Below, piece after piece: positions 19,149 through 28,759 of a stretch of DNA of 64,000 nt; within the stretch, counting starts at the first letter, position 1; every line of letters begins with the position of its first letter. Origin of the DNA: Chloroflexota bacterium (lineage in GTDB: Bacteria > Chloroflexota > Dehalococcoidia > Dehalococcoidales > JAZDNC01); NCBI GenBank assembly GCA_043800335.1, contig JAZDNC010000012.1:1017-65016 (forward strand), given 5' to 3'. A program made the position numbers and the translations under genes. Below the pieces are notes generated by a model. The model made no database searches and was not told the DNA's origin. It was given only the letters and a program-made list of their open reading frames with translations.

Positions 19149-19694
19149 ATGCCGGTAATGCCCGAGAAAACGGTATCCAGCCAGCTTATTTACGAGGGGA
19201 GAGTAGTGAAGCTCAGGCTCGATACCGTGGTTACCCCGGACGGACGGGAAAGCAAAAGAGAGATTGTGGAGCACCGGGGAGCAGTGGCGATGGTAGCCAT
19301 TGACGCAGAGGACAATCTGCTTCTGGTGAGGCAGTTCCGCAAGCCCACCGAGAAGGTGCTTCTGGAGCTTCCGGCAGGCACTCTTGAAGCCGGAGAGGCA
19401 CTTGAGGCAACCGTAATCCGCGAGATGCAGGAGGAGACCGGCTACCGCCCCCGGAAAATTCAGAGCCTCGGCGGCTTTTACTCGGCACCAGGCTTCTGTT
19501 CCGAGTATATTCACCTCTTTCTAGTAACCGACCTTGTTCCCGCCCGCCTTGAAGGCGAGGACACGGCTGAGATTGAGCTGGTTAAGATGCCGATAGGTGA
19601 GGCAAAGAGGCTGGTGGATGGAAACACCATCTGCGATTCTAAAAGCATCATCGGTATACTCAAGTATCTGGAACACCTGAAAAAACAAGACTGA
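19149..19694 (+). CDS. NUDIX hydrolase (ADP-ribose pyrophosphatase-like)
   Basis: Nudix box GTLEAGEALEATVIREMQEETGY. Confidence 0.88.
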   Translation: MPVMPEKTVSSQLIYEGRVVKLRLDTVVTPDGRESKREIVEHRGAVAMVAIDAEDNLLLVRQFRKPTEKVLLELPAGTLEAGEALEATVIREMQEETGYRPRKIQSLGGFYSAPGFCSEYIHLFLVTDLVPARLEGEDTAEIELVKMPIGEAKRLVDGNTICDSKSIIGILKYLEHLKKQD

Positions 19695-19795
19695 AGTCTA
19701 TCAGTGGACTGGACTTAACTCTCCCATAGGCATCATTCTAAGTTTGTTGAAACTGAATCGCCATTATAAACAAGTGGTCTTTGGGTCAAAAGAAG

Positions 19796-20137
19796 CTACC
19801 CGATATCAATCAGCCTCTGCCCGCCTAAAAGGTGAAGGTGAAGGTGTCGCACCACCATACCGCTGTCTGCCCCGTAGTTGACCAGGAGCCGGTAGCCGCG
19901 CTGGGCTATGCCCTCTTTCGCTGCAATCTTATTTGCCACGATACACATCTTCCCAACCAGAGGCATATCTGCCTCGGTGAGGTCAGCCACGGTAGCAATG
20001 TGCTTTCTGGGGATGATAAGCACGTGGGTTGGGGCTTTGGGGTGAATATCCCGGAAGGCAATAATCTCGTTGTCCTGATAGAGCAAATTAGAGGGTAGCT
20101 TGCCCTGGGCGATTTTACAGAAGATACAGTCTTCCAT
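19796..20137 (-). CDS. HIT-family (histidine triad) protein
   Basis: VRHLHLHLLGG triad. CIFCKI N-terminus. Confidence 0.92.
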   Translation of the reverse strand: MEDCIFCKIAQGKLPSNLLYQDNEIIAFRDIHPKAPTHVLIIPRKHIATVADLTEADMPLVGKMCIVANKIAAKEGIAQRGYRLLVNYGADSGMVVRHLHLHLLGGQRLIDIG

Positions 20138-20146
20138 AAGTCCCTC

Positions 20147-20707
20147 CTAGGCTCGCAGCCTGCGATACTTTGATTTTTCTGCCTCAAACAGGTCGCCGCC
20201 AGAGGTATCGTAGGCAACAATTGCCGGGAAATCTTGAACCTTAAGGCGTAATATCGCTTCCGCCCCGAGGTCAGGATAAGCCACCAGTTCTGATTTTCCC
20301 ACCGTTTTACCCAGTAGCGCACCGGCACCACCTACCGCCACAAGGTAAATAGCACTGTATTCCTTAATGGCGTCCTTAACCTCTTTAGTACGCTCCCCCT
20401 TGCCAATCATGACTCTAAGTCCCGCTGCAATAAGACGGGGAGTAAAGGTATCCATTCGGCTGCTGGTGGTGGGGCCGGCGGCGCCGATAACCCTGCCCGG
20501 TCGCGCTGGTGAGGGCCCCATATAGAAAACAGTCTGCCCCTTTATGTCAAATGGGAGCTTCTCCCTTTGCTCTAAAGCCTCAACCATGCGTTTGTGGGCG
20601 GCGTCTCGCGCCACGTAGATGACGCCTGAAATCAGGATGCGGTCGCCTGATTGCAGTTTCTTGATGACCTCCTGAGCAACAGGTGATTTGATATGGGTTG
20701 TCCCCAC
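20147..20707 (-). CDS. Class I (Fe-S) fumarate/tartrate hydro-lyase, beta subunit
   Basis: ISGVIYVARDAAHKR...GPTTSSRMD...IGKGER motifs. Confidence 0.88.
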   Translation of the reverse strand: MGTTHIKSPVAQEVIKKLQSGDRILISGVIYVARDAAHKRMVEALEQREKLPFDIKGQTVFYMGPSPARPGRVIGAAGPTTSSRMDTFTPRLIAAGLRVMIGKGERTKEVKDAIKEYSAIYLVAVGGAGALLGKTVGKSELVAYPDLGAEAILRLKVQDFPAIVAYDTSGGDLFEAEKSKYRRLRA

Positions 20708-20718
20708 TCACCACTCCT

Positions 20719-21267
20719 CTATTTCAGCTCAGCTTCAGTTATGGAGAAAGTCTCAAGTAACCTGTTCCATGTCTGCTCAGCTCTATCCGAATAAACCATA
20801 GCGTCGATATTTACGACCGACAGGAGGGAAAGCTTGTCCTGGTCTCCCGCGATAGCCTCCTGAAGCACCCGCATCGCAATGAGGTCTCTGGTGAAAGCAA
20901 TAAGGTAGGCATCCTGCACCGCCCTGGCGCTCGGGATAGAGGGTCTCTCTATCTCGGACATTCTTACCTGTAAATCAGATTCCCTTTTGATAAGCCCGTC
21001 CAGCTCACGAAGCGCATCTTCTATTGCCATCGTGCTAGATGATTTGCTGAAGGCATCAATGTCCTTCTCCAGAACCTCCCGCTCCGTCCGAATGGCACTC
21101 ACCGCCCTGGCGAATTCAATCGCCTCTTCCCTTGAGTAGGTAGGCGTAGGAGTCGGCGGAACTGTTACCGTCGGGGAGGGGGTTGGAGAATTCGTAGCAC
21201 ATCCCTGGCAAGCCTGTCCCGTTAGCATCAGAACGACTACGCATAACCACATGACCCTTTTCATCAT
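20719..21267 (-). CDS. Hypothetical secreted protein or lipoprotein
   Basis: Signal peptide, Cys-containing junction, Pro/Thr-rich linker (PTPSPTVTVPPTPTPT), then a helical domain. Confidence 0.55.
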   Translation of the reverse strand: MMKRVMWLCVVVLMLTGQACQGCATNSPTPSPTVTVPPTPTPTYSREEAIEFARAVSAIRTEREVLEKDIDAFSKSSSTMAIEDALRELDGLIKRESDLQVRMSEIERPSIPSARAVQDAYLIAFTRDLIAMRVLQEAIAGDQDKLSLLSVVNIDAMVYSDRAEQTWNRLLETFSITEAELK

Positions 21268-21293
21268 TTACCCAACCTCAACTATATCTGTAT

Positions 21294-22139
21294 CTACAGA
21301 GTTGCTTCCGTATGTCTGGCGCTATGGCACTGGAAACTGAGTCCCACCGGTAGCTCGGCGATGTGGGTGGGCATGGTGAGTATGTGAACCGCCAGCGCAG
21401 TAATCCGTCCGCCGAAGCCCATAGGTCCAATACCCAGAGTATTTGCCCGCTCCAGAATCTCCTGCTCAAGCGAGGCAATCTCTGGGTCGGAACTCGGTTC
21501 GCCGACCTTGCGCAATAAAGCCTTTTTGGAAAGTAGAAGCGCCATGTCCGCCGTCCCGCCGATACCAACTCCCAGTATAAGGGGCGGGCAGGGCTTACCC
21601 CCGGCTTCATCAACGGTTCTCACCACGAAATCAATAACGCCCTCTCTGCCTTCACCCGGGGTGAGCATACCCAGACGGCTCATGTTCTCCGAGCCTGCCC
21701 CCTTGGGCAAGACCGTCACCTCGAGCCGGTTACCCGGCACAATATCCGTGTGAATGACCGCCGGAGTGTTATCTTCGGTGTTGATTCGAGCTGAGAAAGG
21801 CTGACTCACGATTGACTTCCTCAGGTAACCCTGAGTGTAGCCCTTACGCACCCCCTCATCCACCGCAGCATACAGGTCACCGCCGGTGATGTGGACTTCC
21901 TGCCCCAGCTCAAGAAATACAATAGCCGTGCCGGTGTCCTGACAGAGGGGGAGTTTTTCTTTAGGCGCAATCTCGGCGTTCTTTAGAATCTGGCTCAGGA
22001 CTTCTTTGCCCAGTTCCGACTCTTCTGTTCCATAGGCTTGCTTCAACGCCAGAAGAACATCATCTCCAAGCTCGTAAGCCGCTTCGATACAGAGACGGGC
22101 TACGGTCTCGGTTATCTTCTGGGCTTCAATCTCTCTCAA
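21294..22139 (-). CDS. Class I (Fe-S) fumarate/tartrate hydro-lyase, alpha subunit
   Basis: PLCQDTGTAIVFLELG motif and 281-aa length. Confidence 0.9.
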   Translation of the reverse strand: MREIEAQKITETVARLCIEAAYELGDDVLLALKQAYGTEESELGKEVLSQILKNAEIAPKEKLPLCQDTGTAIVFLELGQEVHITGGDLYAAVDEGVRKGYTQGYLRKSIVSQPFSARINTEDNTPAVIHTDIVPGNRLEVTVLPKGAGSENMSRLGMLTPGEGREGVIDFVVRTVDEAGGKPCPPLILGVGIGGTADMALLLSKKALLRKVGEPSSDPEIASLEQEILERANTLGIGPMGFGGRITALAVHILTMPTHIAELPVGLSFQCHSARHTEATL

Positions 22140-22150
22140 CTAATCGCCTG

Positions 22151-23509
22151 CTATAAATCCGGTGCCTTCGGAATTATACCCGCCTTCATGAGGAGAGCCA
22201 CCGCATCTTTGGCTCCCTTAATCATGGTCTCGGCTTGCCTTTTGAGTTCTTCCCGGCTGGGTTTAATCTGGGCTACGCCCTGTTCAATCGCCTTCATGCC
22301 CACCGCCACCGCCTCGCGGATGAGGGCTTCGGTGTCCTCCATCGTCGGGCTGATGTATTCGTCTGACAGCCCTTTTTCTTCGGCGTATTTAGCCAGCTCG
22401 TGGGCGGCAGCAACACACATCTCATCAGTGATAGTTTTAGCCCTCACATCCAGCGCCCCGCGGAATAGCGCCGGAAAGCCTGTGGAGTTATTGACCTGAT
22501 TGGGGAAATCGGAACGTCCCGTGGCGACCACCCTTGCCCCGGCTTCCTTCGCCAGCCAGGGCCAGATTTCCGGCACCGGATTCGCCAGGGCAAAGACGAC
22601 GGCGTCTTTCGCCATGCCTTTCACCCATTCCGGCTTGATGACATCGGGACCGGACTGGGCGAGAGAGATACAGACGTCAGCCCCCTTGAGCGCTTCGGCA
22701 ATGCCACCGGTTCTGTTTTCAGAGTTGGTCTTGAGACAGAGCTCCCACTTGTAGGGGTTCTGCTCTTTAGCTGCCTCAAGGTCTGCCCGTCCGCGGTTAA
22801 GGATGCCCTTGGTGTCAACCATCATGGTATTCCCCGGTTTAAAGCCGTCGGCAAAGAGGAGCCGTGAGGTAGCCACATTGGCGGCACCAACCCCAATCAT
22901 GGCAAGGCGAACGCTCTCTTTTCTCTTGCCTGCCACTTTAATCGCATTCAGGAGAGCCGCCAGAATGACCGTACCCGTCCCCTGCTGGTCGTCGTGGAAG
23001 ACAGGGATGTCCAGCTCTTTTCTCAGCACGTCCAGGATATAAAAGCACTTGGGATTGGCGATGTCCTCAAGGTTGATGCCGCCGAAGGCCGGTTTGAGCC
23101 ATTTGACCGCCTGGATGATTGCCTCCGGGTCTTTGGTGTCGAGACAGATGGGTACAGCGTCAACCCCGCCTAGGTACTTAAAAAGAAGGGCTTTCCCTTC
23201 CATCACCGGTAGACCTGCCTCAGGTCCGATGTTGCCCAGACCCAGGACTCTGGTGCCATCGGTAACAATGGCAATAGTGTTCCACTTCAGGGTATAGTCG
23301 TAGACCTTACTTTTATCTTTTTCTATCGCCCGGCAGGGTGCCGCCACGCCAGGGGTGTACCAGATAGAGAAATCATCAAAGCTACGGATGGCACAGCGGG
23401 GCATAGTCTGCATCTTCCCCCGGTAGAAAGGATGTAGCTTCATTGAGTCTGCCGATGGTTTGTTGGCTTTGGCAATCAGCTCTTCCGGAGTCAGTCTCTT
23501 CGTGGACAT
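22151..23509 (-). CDS. NAD(P)-dependent malic enzyme
   Basis: YTPGVA, FHDDQQGTGTV and IGVGAANVA motifs. Confidence 0.9.
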   Translation of the reverse strand: MSTKRLTPEELIAKANKPSADSMKLHPFYRGKMQTMPRCAIRSFDDFSIWYTPGVAAPCRAIEKDKSKVYDYTLKWNTIAIVTDGTRVLGLGNIGPEAGLPVMEGKALLFKYLGGVDAVPICLDTKDPEAIIQAVKWLKPAFGGINLEDIANPKCFYILDVLRKELDIPVFHDDQQGTGTVILAALLNAIKVAGKRKESVRLAMIGVGAANVATSRLLFADGFKPGNTMMVDTKGILNRGRADLEAAKEQNPYKWELCLKTNSENRTGGIAEALKGADVCISLAQSGPDVIKPEWVKGMAKDAVVFALANPVPEIWPWLAKEAGARVVATGRSDFPNQVNNSTGFPALFRGALDVRAKTITDEMCVAAAHELAKYAEEKGLSDEYISPTMEDTEALIREAVAVGMKAIEQGVAQIKPSREELKRQAETMIKGAKDAVALLMKAGIIPKAPDL

Positions 23510-23564
23510 GGTTCACCTCCATGAAACTATCTTATCTTACCATTCAGCAACTCAAGAAGAGGAT

Positions 23565-24965
23565 TTAAGTCGACTCGTTCAAACCCCATCTCTCAAGACC
23601 ATACTTGCGCTTGAGGAAGGGTAGCCCGGTGTTAGGGTAAAGGGCATAGGTTAAAACATCGCCGATGTCCCTGGCGATACCCTTGGTCGCCTCCCGGGCT
23701 TTCTCCAGCTCCGGCTCAAGAAGGTCTGCCGGTCTGACAGTGATGGGGGTCTTACCGGCTTTATAATACTTAAGAACCTGCTGCTGGACATCGGGGTCAA
23801 CGGGCGCCGGAGGGCGTCCGTAAAGCCCGTAGACATAGTCCTGTACCTGGCGGGAGACCAGCTTGTAGCGCCCCACCAGCACATTCTGCACCGCCTGGAC
23901 GCCGATAATCTGGCTGGTCGGGGTAACCAGAGGCGGGTAGCCCAGTTCCTTACGGACACGGGGTATCTCGGTATAGACCTCATTGAGGCGGTCAAGGACA
24001 CCCATGTCCCGCATCTGGGAAACAAGGTTGCTTATCATGCCCCCCGGTATCTGGTGCATCAGAACACCGGTGTCAATGAGCGCCATGCGGGTGGTTGAGA
24101 GAAAGCTCTTGTACTTGGGGGCAATCGCCTCAAGGCGCTCACCAATCTCAAAAAGCTTGTTGAGGTCAAGCCCGGTGTCACGACCCGTGCCGCGCAGTGC
24201 CGCTACAATCGGTTCAACCGCCGGCTGGGCGGAGCGAAGTCCGAAGGGAGCCAGGTCACAGTCAATCACATCTACCCCGGCTTCAACGGCTTTCAGGTAC
24301 GACATGGAAGCCATACCGCTGGTATAATGGCAGTGGAGCTGAACCGGTATCTTCAATACTCCCTTCAGGGCTTTTATCAGAGTACTGGCATCATCAGGCG
24401 CAAGGAGCCCGGCCATGTCCTTGATGCACAGGCTATCCGCCCCCATCTCCTGAAGAGTCCGGGCTTTACCCACATAGTAGTCAAGGTTGTAGACAGGCCC
24501 CCCCATCTTGGGCTCGGTGAGGGAGTAACAGATAGTAAGCTGGGCGTGCTTACCACACTCTTTAATGGCTTTGATACTGGTGTCGAAGTTGCGCTCATCG
24601 TTAACCGCGTCAAAGACGCGGAAGATGTCAATGCCCATCTCAGCGGAGTGGCGGACAAAGGCAGTTACGACATCATCGGCATAGTGGCGGTAGCCGACCA
24701 GGTTCTGACCCCGGAGCAACATCTGCAGGGGGGTTTTCGGGGCAAGCTTCCTCAGGATGCGCAGTCTCTCCCAGGGGTCTTCGTTCAAAAACCTCGTGGC
24801 GACGTCAAAGGTAGCCCCGCCCCAGACCTCAAGCGACTGGAAGCCTATTTCGTCGAGCCCCCCGGCGACAGCCTGCATGTCCTCGGTGCGCATCCTGGTG
24901 GCGATGAGCGACTGGTGCCCATCACGCAGAGTGCAATCGGTTATCTTAAGTGTCTTTTCCGCCAT
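23565..24965 (-). CDS. Pyruvate/oxaloacetate carboxyltransferase (OadA / pyruvate carboxylase B-like), no biotinyl domain
   Basis: ITDCTLRDGHQSL start. 466 aa ending without a biotin-carrier (xMKM) domain. Confidence 0.85.
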   Translation of the reverse strand: MAEKTLKITDCTLRDGHQSLIATRMRTEDMQAVAGGLDEIGFQSLEVWGGATFDVATRFLNEDPWERLRILRKLAPKTPLQMLLRGQNLVGYRHYADDVVTAFVRHSAEMGIDIFRVFDAVNDERNFDTSIKAIKECGKHAQLTICYSLTEPKMGGPVYNLDYYVGKARTLQEMGADSLCIKDMAGLLAPDDASTLIKALKGVLKIPVQLHCHYTSGMASMSYLKAVEAGVDVIDCDLAPFGLRSAQPAVEPIVAALRGTGRDTGLDLNKLFEIGERLEAIAPKYKSFLSTTRMALIDTGVLMHQIPGGMISNLVSQMRDMGVLDRLNEVYTEIPRVRKELGYPPLVTPTSQIIGVQAVQNVLVGRYKLVSRQVQDYVYGLYGRPPAPVDPDVQQQVLKYYKAGKTPITVRPADLLEPELEKAREATKGIARDIGDVLTYALYPNTGLPFLKRKYGLERWGLNEST

Positions 24966-25055
24966 CTGATTTTCCCAATCTATTTGTCAAATTAATCTAT
25001 TATTATAGCAAGAACGAGGCTGTGAAACAATGCCCGATACGCAACTCGAGCGCGC

Positions 25056-25622
25056 CTACCACCTGCGCTTTTTTAAGAGATAGCCTGCGCCAAGCCCGAA
25101 GAGAAGCCCGCCCAGATGTGCCTCCTGGGCAATTCCGGGGAAAAAAGACAGGATAATAAAGCCGAAGATAACTGCAACCCAGAGCGGTATCGGCATCGGG
25201 ATAGGGAAAACAAACACTGGCTGTCTCGGTCTCAGCACGGCGAGTGTACCGCCCAGAGCGAAGACAGCCCCGGAGGCACCTACGGCAATGGCAAAGCGAG
25301 GGCCGAGCAGGGCATAGAGAACATTCCCGACGAACCCTCCCAGCAGATAGATGATGAGAAACCTCTCCTCACCAATGAGGCGGGTCAGAAACTCGCCGAA
25401 AAAATAGAGGGTGAGCATGTTGGTCAGAAGGTGCCCCATGCCGGCATGGAGGAACATGGCAGTTATGAGCGTCCAGGGACGACTCCAGACTACGGCAGGC
25501 TGAAGTCCCAGACGGGAAAAGAGCGGATTGTAAATATAGGTGGCGAGAAAAAGGACAACATTAATTGATATGAGAATGCCCACGGCACCCAAGCCGAAAG
25601 GGCGATGGTAATTGCGATACAT
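25056..25622 (-). CDS. Rhomboid-family intramembrane serine protease
   Basis: FLHAGMGHLLTNM and GASGAVFAL catalytic motifs. Confidence 0.88.
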   Translation of the reverse strand: MYRNYHRPFGLGAVGILISINVVLFLATYIYNPLFSRLGLQPAVVWSRPWTLITAMFLHAGMGHLLTNMLTLYFFGEFLTRLIGEERFLIIYLLGGFVGNVLYALLGPRFAIAVGASGAVFALGGTLAVLRPRQPVFVFPIPMPIPLWVAVIFGFIILSFFPGIAQEAHLGGLLFGLGAGYLLKKRRW

Positions 25623-25753
25623 TATTCCCCCTGTAAATCAGTAAATGTAATACTAAATAATAGCTCAGCTTCCGTGTAAAGACAAGTTCGACTCAAGAAG
25701 ATTATAATTTGTTCCTAGACTGTCATCATCGTAAGAAGCTCTCCGACACAGCA

Positions 25754-25782
25754 TTGACTATGACCGATGGGGTATGTATTAT
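25754..25782 (+). promoter_or_regulatory. Candidate sigma-70-type promoter
   Basis: TTGACT, 17-nt spacer, TATTAT. About 40 nt upstream of the ATG at 25825. Confidence 0.4.
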
Positions 25783-25824
25783 TGGGTCAAAGCAGCACCT
25801 TGCGAGAGTTGGCTGGAGGTAAAC

Positions 25825-26835
25825 ATGAAATTCCTTAAAAGACTTCTGGTGGGTTTCTTAAGTCTTATCCTGTTCCTGTGCCTCCCCCTATACGCCCTGG
25901 CCTACACGCTGGACAGGACTATACTGAGTGCCGATTTTGTCGCCACGGAGATTGGTAAGCTGGACGTCGCCCAGCTCGGCTTGGAGATAATCCGCACACA
26001 GCTGCCGGCGACTCAAAACATCAGTGCCAGCACGCCCCTGGGCAATATGAATATACCCATTTCCCGGGACCTCATCGCCGAAGCCAGCTATCAAGCCCTG
26101 ACCCGGCTGGAACCCCAGCTCAAGGAACAGGCAAGTCAGGCAATTCACAGTGGTTATGATTATCTGCTGGGGAAGACGAGCCGGCTCTCAATGGTGATAA
26201 ACCTCGAGCCGATAAAAGCCAACCTGAAGGATAACCTGCGCCAGAGCATCGTTGACGCCCTGGAGAAATCACCACCGGTGGTACCGGGTGTACCCGCGGC
26301 AACCTTACAGCAAGTCCTTGACCAGTATTTCAACCAGTCCTACGACCAGTTCTATCAGGGGTTTGCCAAGAGCATTCCTTCCAGCTATGTGATAGATGAA
26401 AGCAAAATCCCGCCGGATGCGCAATCCCTCCTCAGCCAGGTAAAGCTGTACCTGGGCTACTACACCACCTATTCAAAGTGGCTCCTGCCGGCGATGGCAG
26501 TTCTGGTGCTACTCATTATCCTGATTGAACGAAGTTTCAAGGGCATCTCCCGCAGTCTTGGGCTTGAGCTACTTTTATACGGCGGCTTCGGACTTGCCGT
26601 TGACTTCGCCGCCCAGAAATACACCCCTTCCATACCGATGCCACCGGAAATTCCGCCCTCGCTCACCAACTGGCTCATCGGGCTGACAAACGACATCGCC
26701 ACGCCCCTAAAGACCCTGTCAATCGTCATGGCAATCATCGGAGCGATGCTTTTTATCGCCTCCTTCTTCCTGCCCAGGCCGAAAGAGGTTGAAGCTGAAC
26801 CAACTCAGGAGCAAACTAAGGCATCGTTGCAATGA
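25825..26835 (+). CDS. Hypothetical membrane protein
   Basis: GGAGG lies before the ATG at 25825. N-terminal TM segment, long soluble region, and C-terminal TM cluster. Confidence 0.6.
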   Translation: MKFLKRLLVGFLSLILFLCLPLYALAYTLDRTILSADFVATEIGKLDVAQLGLEIIRTQLPATQNISASTPLGNMNIPISRDLIAEASYQALTRLEPQLKEQASQAIHSGYDYLLGKTSRLSMVINLEPIKANLKDNLRQSIVDALEKSPPVVPGVPAATLQQVLDQYFNQSYDQFYQGFAKSIPSSYVIDESKIPPDAQSLLSQVKLYLGYYTTYSKWLLPAMAVLVLLIILIERSFKGISRSLGLELLLYGGFGLAVDFAAQKYTPSIPMPPEIPPSLTNWLIGLTNDIATPLKTLSIVMAIIGAMLFIASFFLPRPKEVEAEPTQEQTKASLQ

Positions 26836-26865
26836 GCAAGATAATATGGCAGTCTCTTACACCTT

Positions 26866-26898
26866 GTCATTGCGAAGGCTTTAGCTCGTAGCAATCCG
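26866..26898 (+). repeat. REP/MITE-like palindromic unit (GTCATTGCGA...GCAATCCG)
   Basis: gtcattgcgaaggctttagctcgtagcaatccg. Same family as the units at 32647, 37252, 53280 and 54911. Confidence 0.8.
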
Positions 26899-26952
26899 CT
26901 CTTATTTACTCTAGCTAACTTCCCTTCACAAGGAGAGAAGACTGAAACTCTG

Positions 26953-26981
26953 TTGCCCGTTACATTTTCGGATGATATAAT
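26953..26981 (+). promoter_or_regulatory. Promoter with extended -10; gatC probably leaderless
   Basis: TTGCCC (26953..26958), 17-nt spacer, TGaTATAAT (26973..26981). Only 8 nt separate the -10 from the gatC ATG, and there is no SD. Confidence 0.5.
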
Positions 26982-26989
26982 GGCTGACC

Positions 26990-27280
26990 ATGAGCATCAG
27001 CCGTGAAGAGGTCTTGCACATCGCCCGTCTGGCGCGGGTCGGGCTCACTGAAGAGGATGTGGCAAAACTTACCGAACAGCTATCCAATATCCTGGAGAAC
27101 TTCGCCGCTCTACAAAAAGTAGAGACCGGTGATGTCCCGCCCACGGCGCAAGCCATCCCACTTCAGAATGTAATGAAGCCGGACGAACCCCGTCTCTCAA
27201 TGTCCCCCGGCGAAGTCCTGTCCAACGCCCCTGAACGCGAGGGGGATTTCTTCCGCATAAAACCGGTGCTTGAGGACTAG
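26990..27280 (+). CDS. gatC: Asp/Glu-tRNA amidotransferase subunit C
   Basis: [24 protein letters not shown] start. 96 aa. Confidence 0.93.
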   Translation: MSISREEVLHIARLARVGLTEEDVAKLTEQLSNILENFAALQKVETGDVPPTAQAIPLQNVMKPDEPRLSMSPGEVLSNAPEREGDFFRIKPVLED

Positions 27281-27282
27281 CC

Positions 27283-28740
27283 TTGCCAGATAGCTATCTC
27301 ACCATCCATGAAGCCCATGAACTACTCAAGACGAAAAAGGTCTCCTCAGTTGAGCTGACCGAGGCAGTCTTTAAGCGCATAGACCAGCTTGAGCCCAGGG
27401 TCAGGGCTTTCGTCAGCGTTACCCGTGAAAACGCCCTGAGACAGGCTAAGCAAGCCGACGCACGCATCTCAAGGGGCGAAATAAGCCCCCTGACCGGTAT
27501 CCCCGCCCTCATCAAGGATAACATCTGCACCAAAGGGATAGCCACCACCTGCTCTTCAAAAATGCTCGAGAACTTTATTCCACCTTATGACGCCACTGTG
27601 GTCAATAAGATAAACGATGCCGGCGGGGTCATTATCGGCAAAGCCAACATGGACGAGTTCGCCATGGGCTCATCCACCGAGAACTCGGCTTTCTTCACCA
27701 CGCACAATCCCTGGGCTTTAGACCGCGTCCCGGGCGGCTCAAGCGGCGGCTCGGCGGCAGGGGTCGCCTGCGGTGAGGCTATCTACGCCCTCGGCTCCGA
27801 TACCGGTGGCAGTATCCGCCAGCCGGCTGGTTTTACCAACATCACCGGGCTCAAACCAACCTACGGCAGGGTAAGCCGATATGGGCTGGTGGCTTTCGCC
27901 AGCTCGCTCGACCAGATTGGGCCTCTGACGCGAGATGTCACCGACTGCGCTCTGGTGATGAACGTCATCTCCGGCTACGACAACTGCGATTCGACCTCAG
28001 TCCCCACCCCTGTCCCCGACTACACCCGGTCTCTAGTCCCCAACCTCATGGGACTTAAACTTGGCATTCCGAAAGAGTATTTTGTCACCGGGATGCAGAA
28101 ATCCGTTGACAATGCCATAAGAGACGCTATCAAGACACTTGAAGAGCTGGGGGCTAAGATTGACTGGGAGGTATCGCTGCCACACACCCCCTACTCTCTC
28201 GCCGTCTACTATATCATCGCCCCGTCCGAGGCCTCGGCGAATCTAGCCCGCTACGATGGGGTGAAATACGGCTTCTCCTATCAGGACACCGATAACACAT
28301 GGGAAGCCCTGGAGAAGACGCGGCAGTTTGGCTTCGGCAATGAGGTAAAGAGACGAATCATGCTCGGGACTTATGCTCTCTCCGCCGGCTACTACGACGC
28401 TTATTACCTGAAAGCGCAGAAGGTGAGGACCCTGATACGCCGTGAGTTTGAAGAGGCGTTTAAAAAATACGATGCCCTCATCACCCCCACCTCGCCCACC
28501 GTTCCCTTCCGAATTGGCGAAAAGACCGCTGACCCCCTCCAGATGTATCTCTCTGATGTCTGTACCCTGCCCATCAATATCGCTGGGGTGCCGGCAATCT
28601 CCATCCCCGCCGGTTTTGACGGCGAGCTACCAATAGGGATGCAGATAATCGGTAAGCCCTTCGCCGAGGAAACGATACTGCGAGTCGCCTACGCCTACGA
28701 GCAGGCAACCGACTGGCACAAGAGAAGACCGGGGATTTAA
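27283..28740 (+). CDS. gatA: Asp/Glu-tRNA amidotransferase subunit A
   Basis: Amidase signature GGSSGGSAA...[12 protein letters not shown]. Confidence 0.95.
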   Translation: MPDSYLTIHEAHELLKTKKVSSVELTEAVFKRIDQLEPRVRAFVSVTRENALRQAKQADARISRGEISPLTGIPALIKDNICTKGIATTCSSKMLENFIPPYDATVVNKINDAGGVIIGKANMDEFAMGSSTENSAFFTTHNPWALDRVPGGSSGGSAAGVACGEAIYALGSDTGGSIRQPAGFTNITGLKPTYGRVSRYGLVAFASSLDQIGPLTRDVTDCALVMNVISGYDNCDSTSVPTPVPDYTRSLVPNLMGLKLGIPKEYFVTGMQKSVDNAIRDAIKTLEELGAKIDWEVSLPHTPYSLAVYYIIAPSEASANLARYDGVKYGFSYQDTDNTWEALEKTRQFGFGNEVKRRIMLGTYALSAGYYDAYYLKAQKVRTLIRREFEEAFKKYDALITPTSPTVPFRIGEKTADPLQMYLSDVCTLPINIAGVPAISIPAGFDGELPIGMQIIGKPFAEETILRVAYAYEQATDWHKRRPGI

Positions 28741-28759
28741 CTGATGTGAGGTAGACAAT

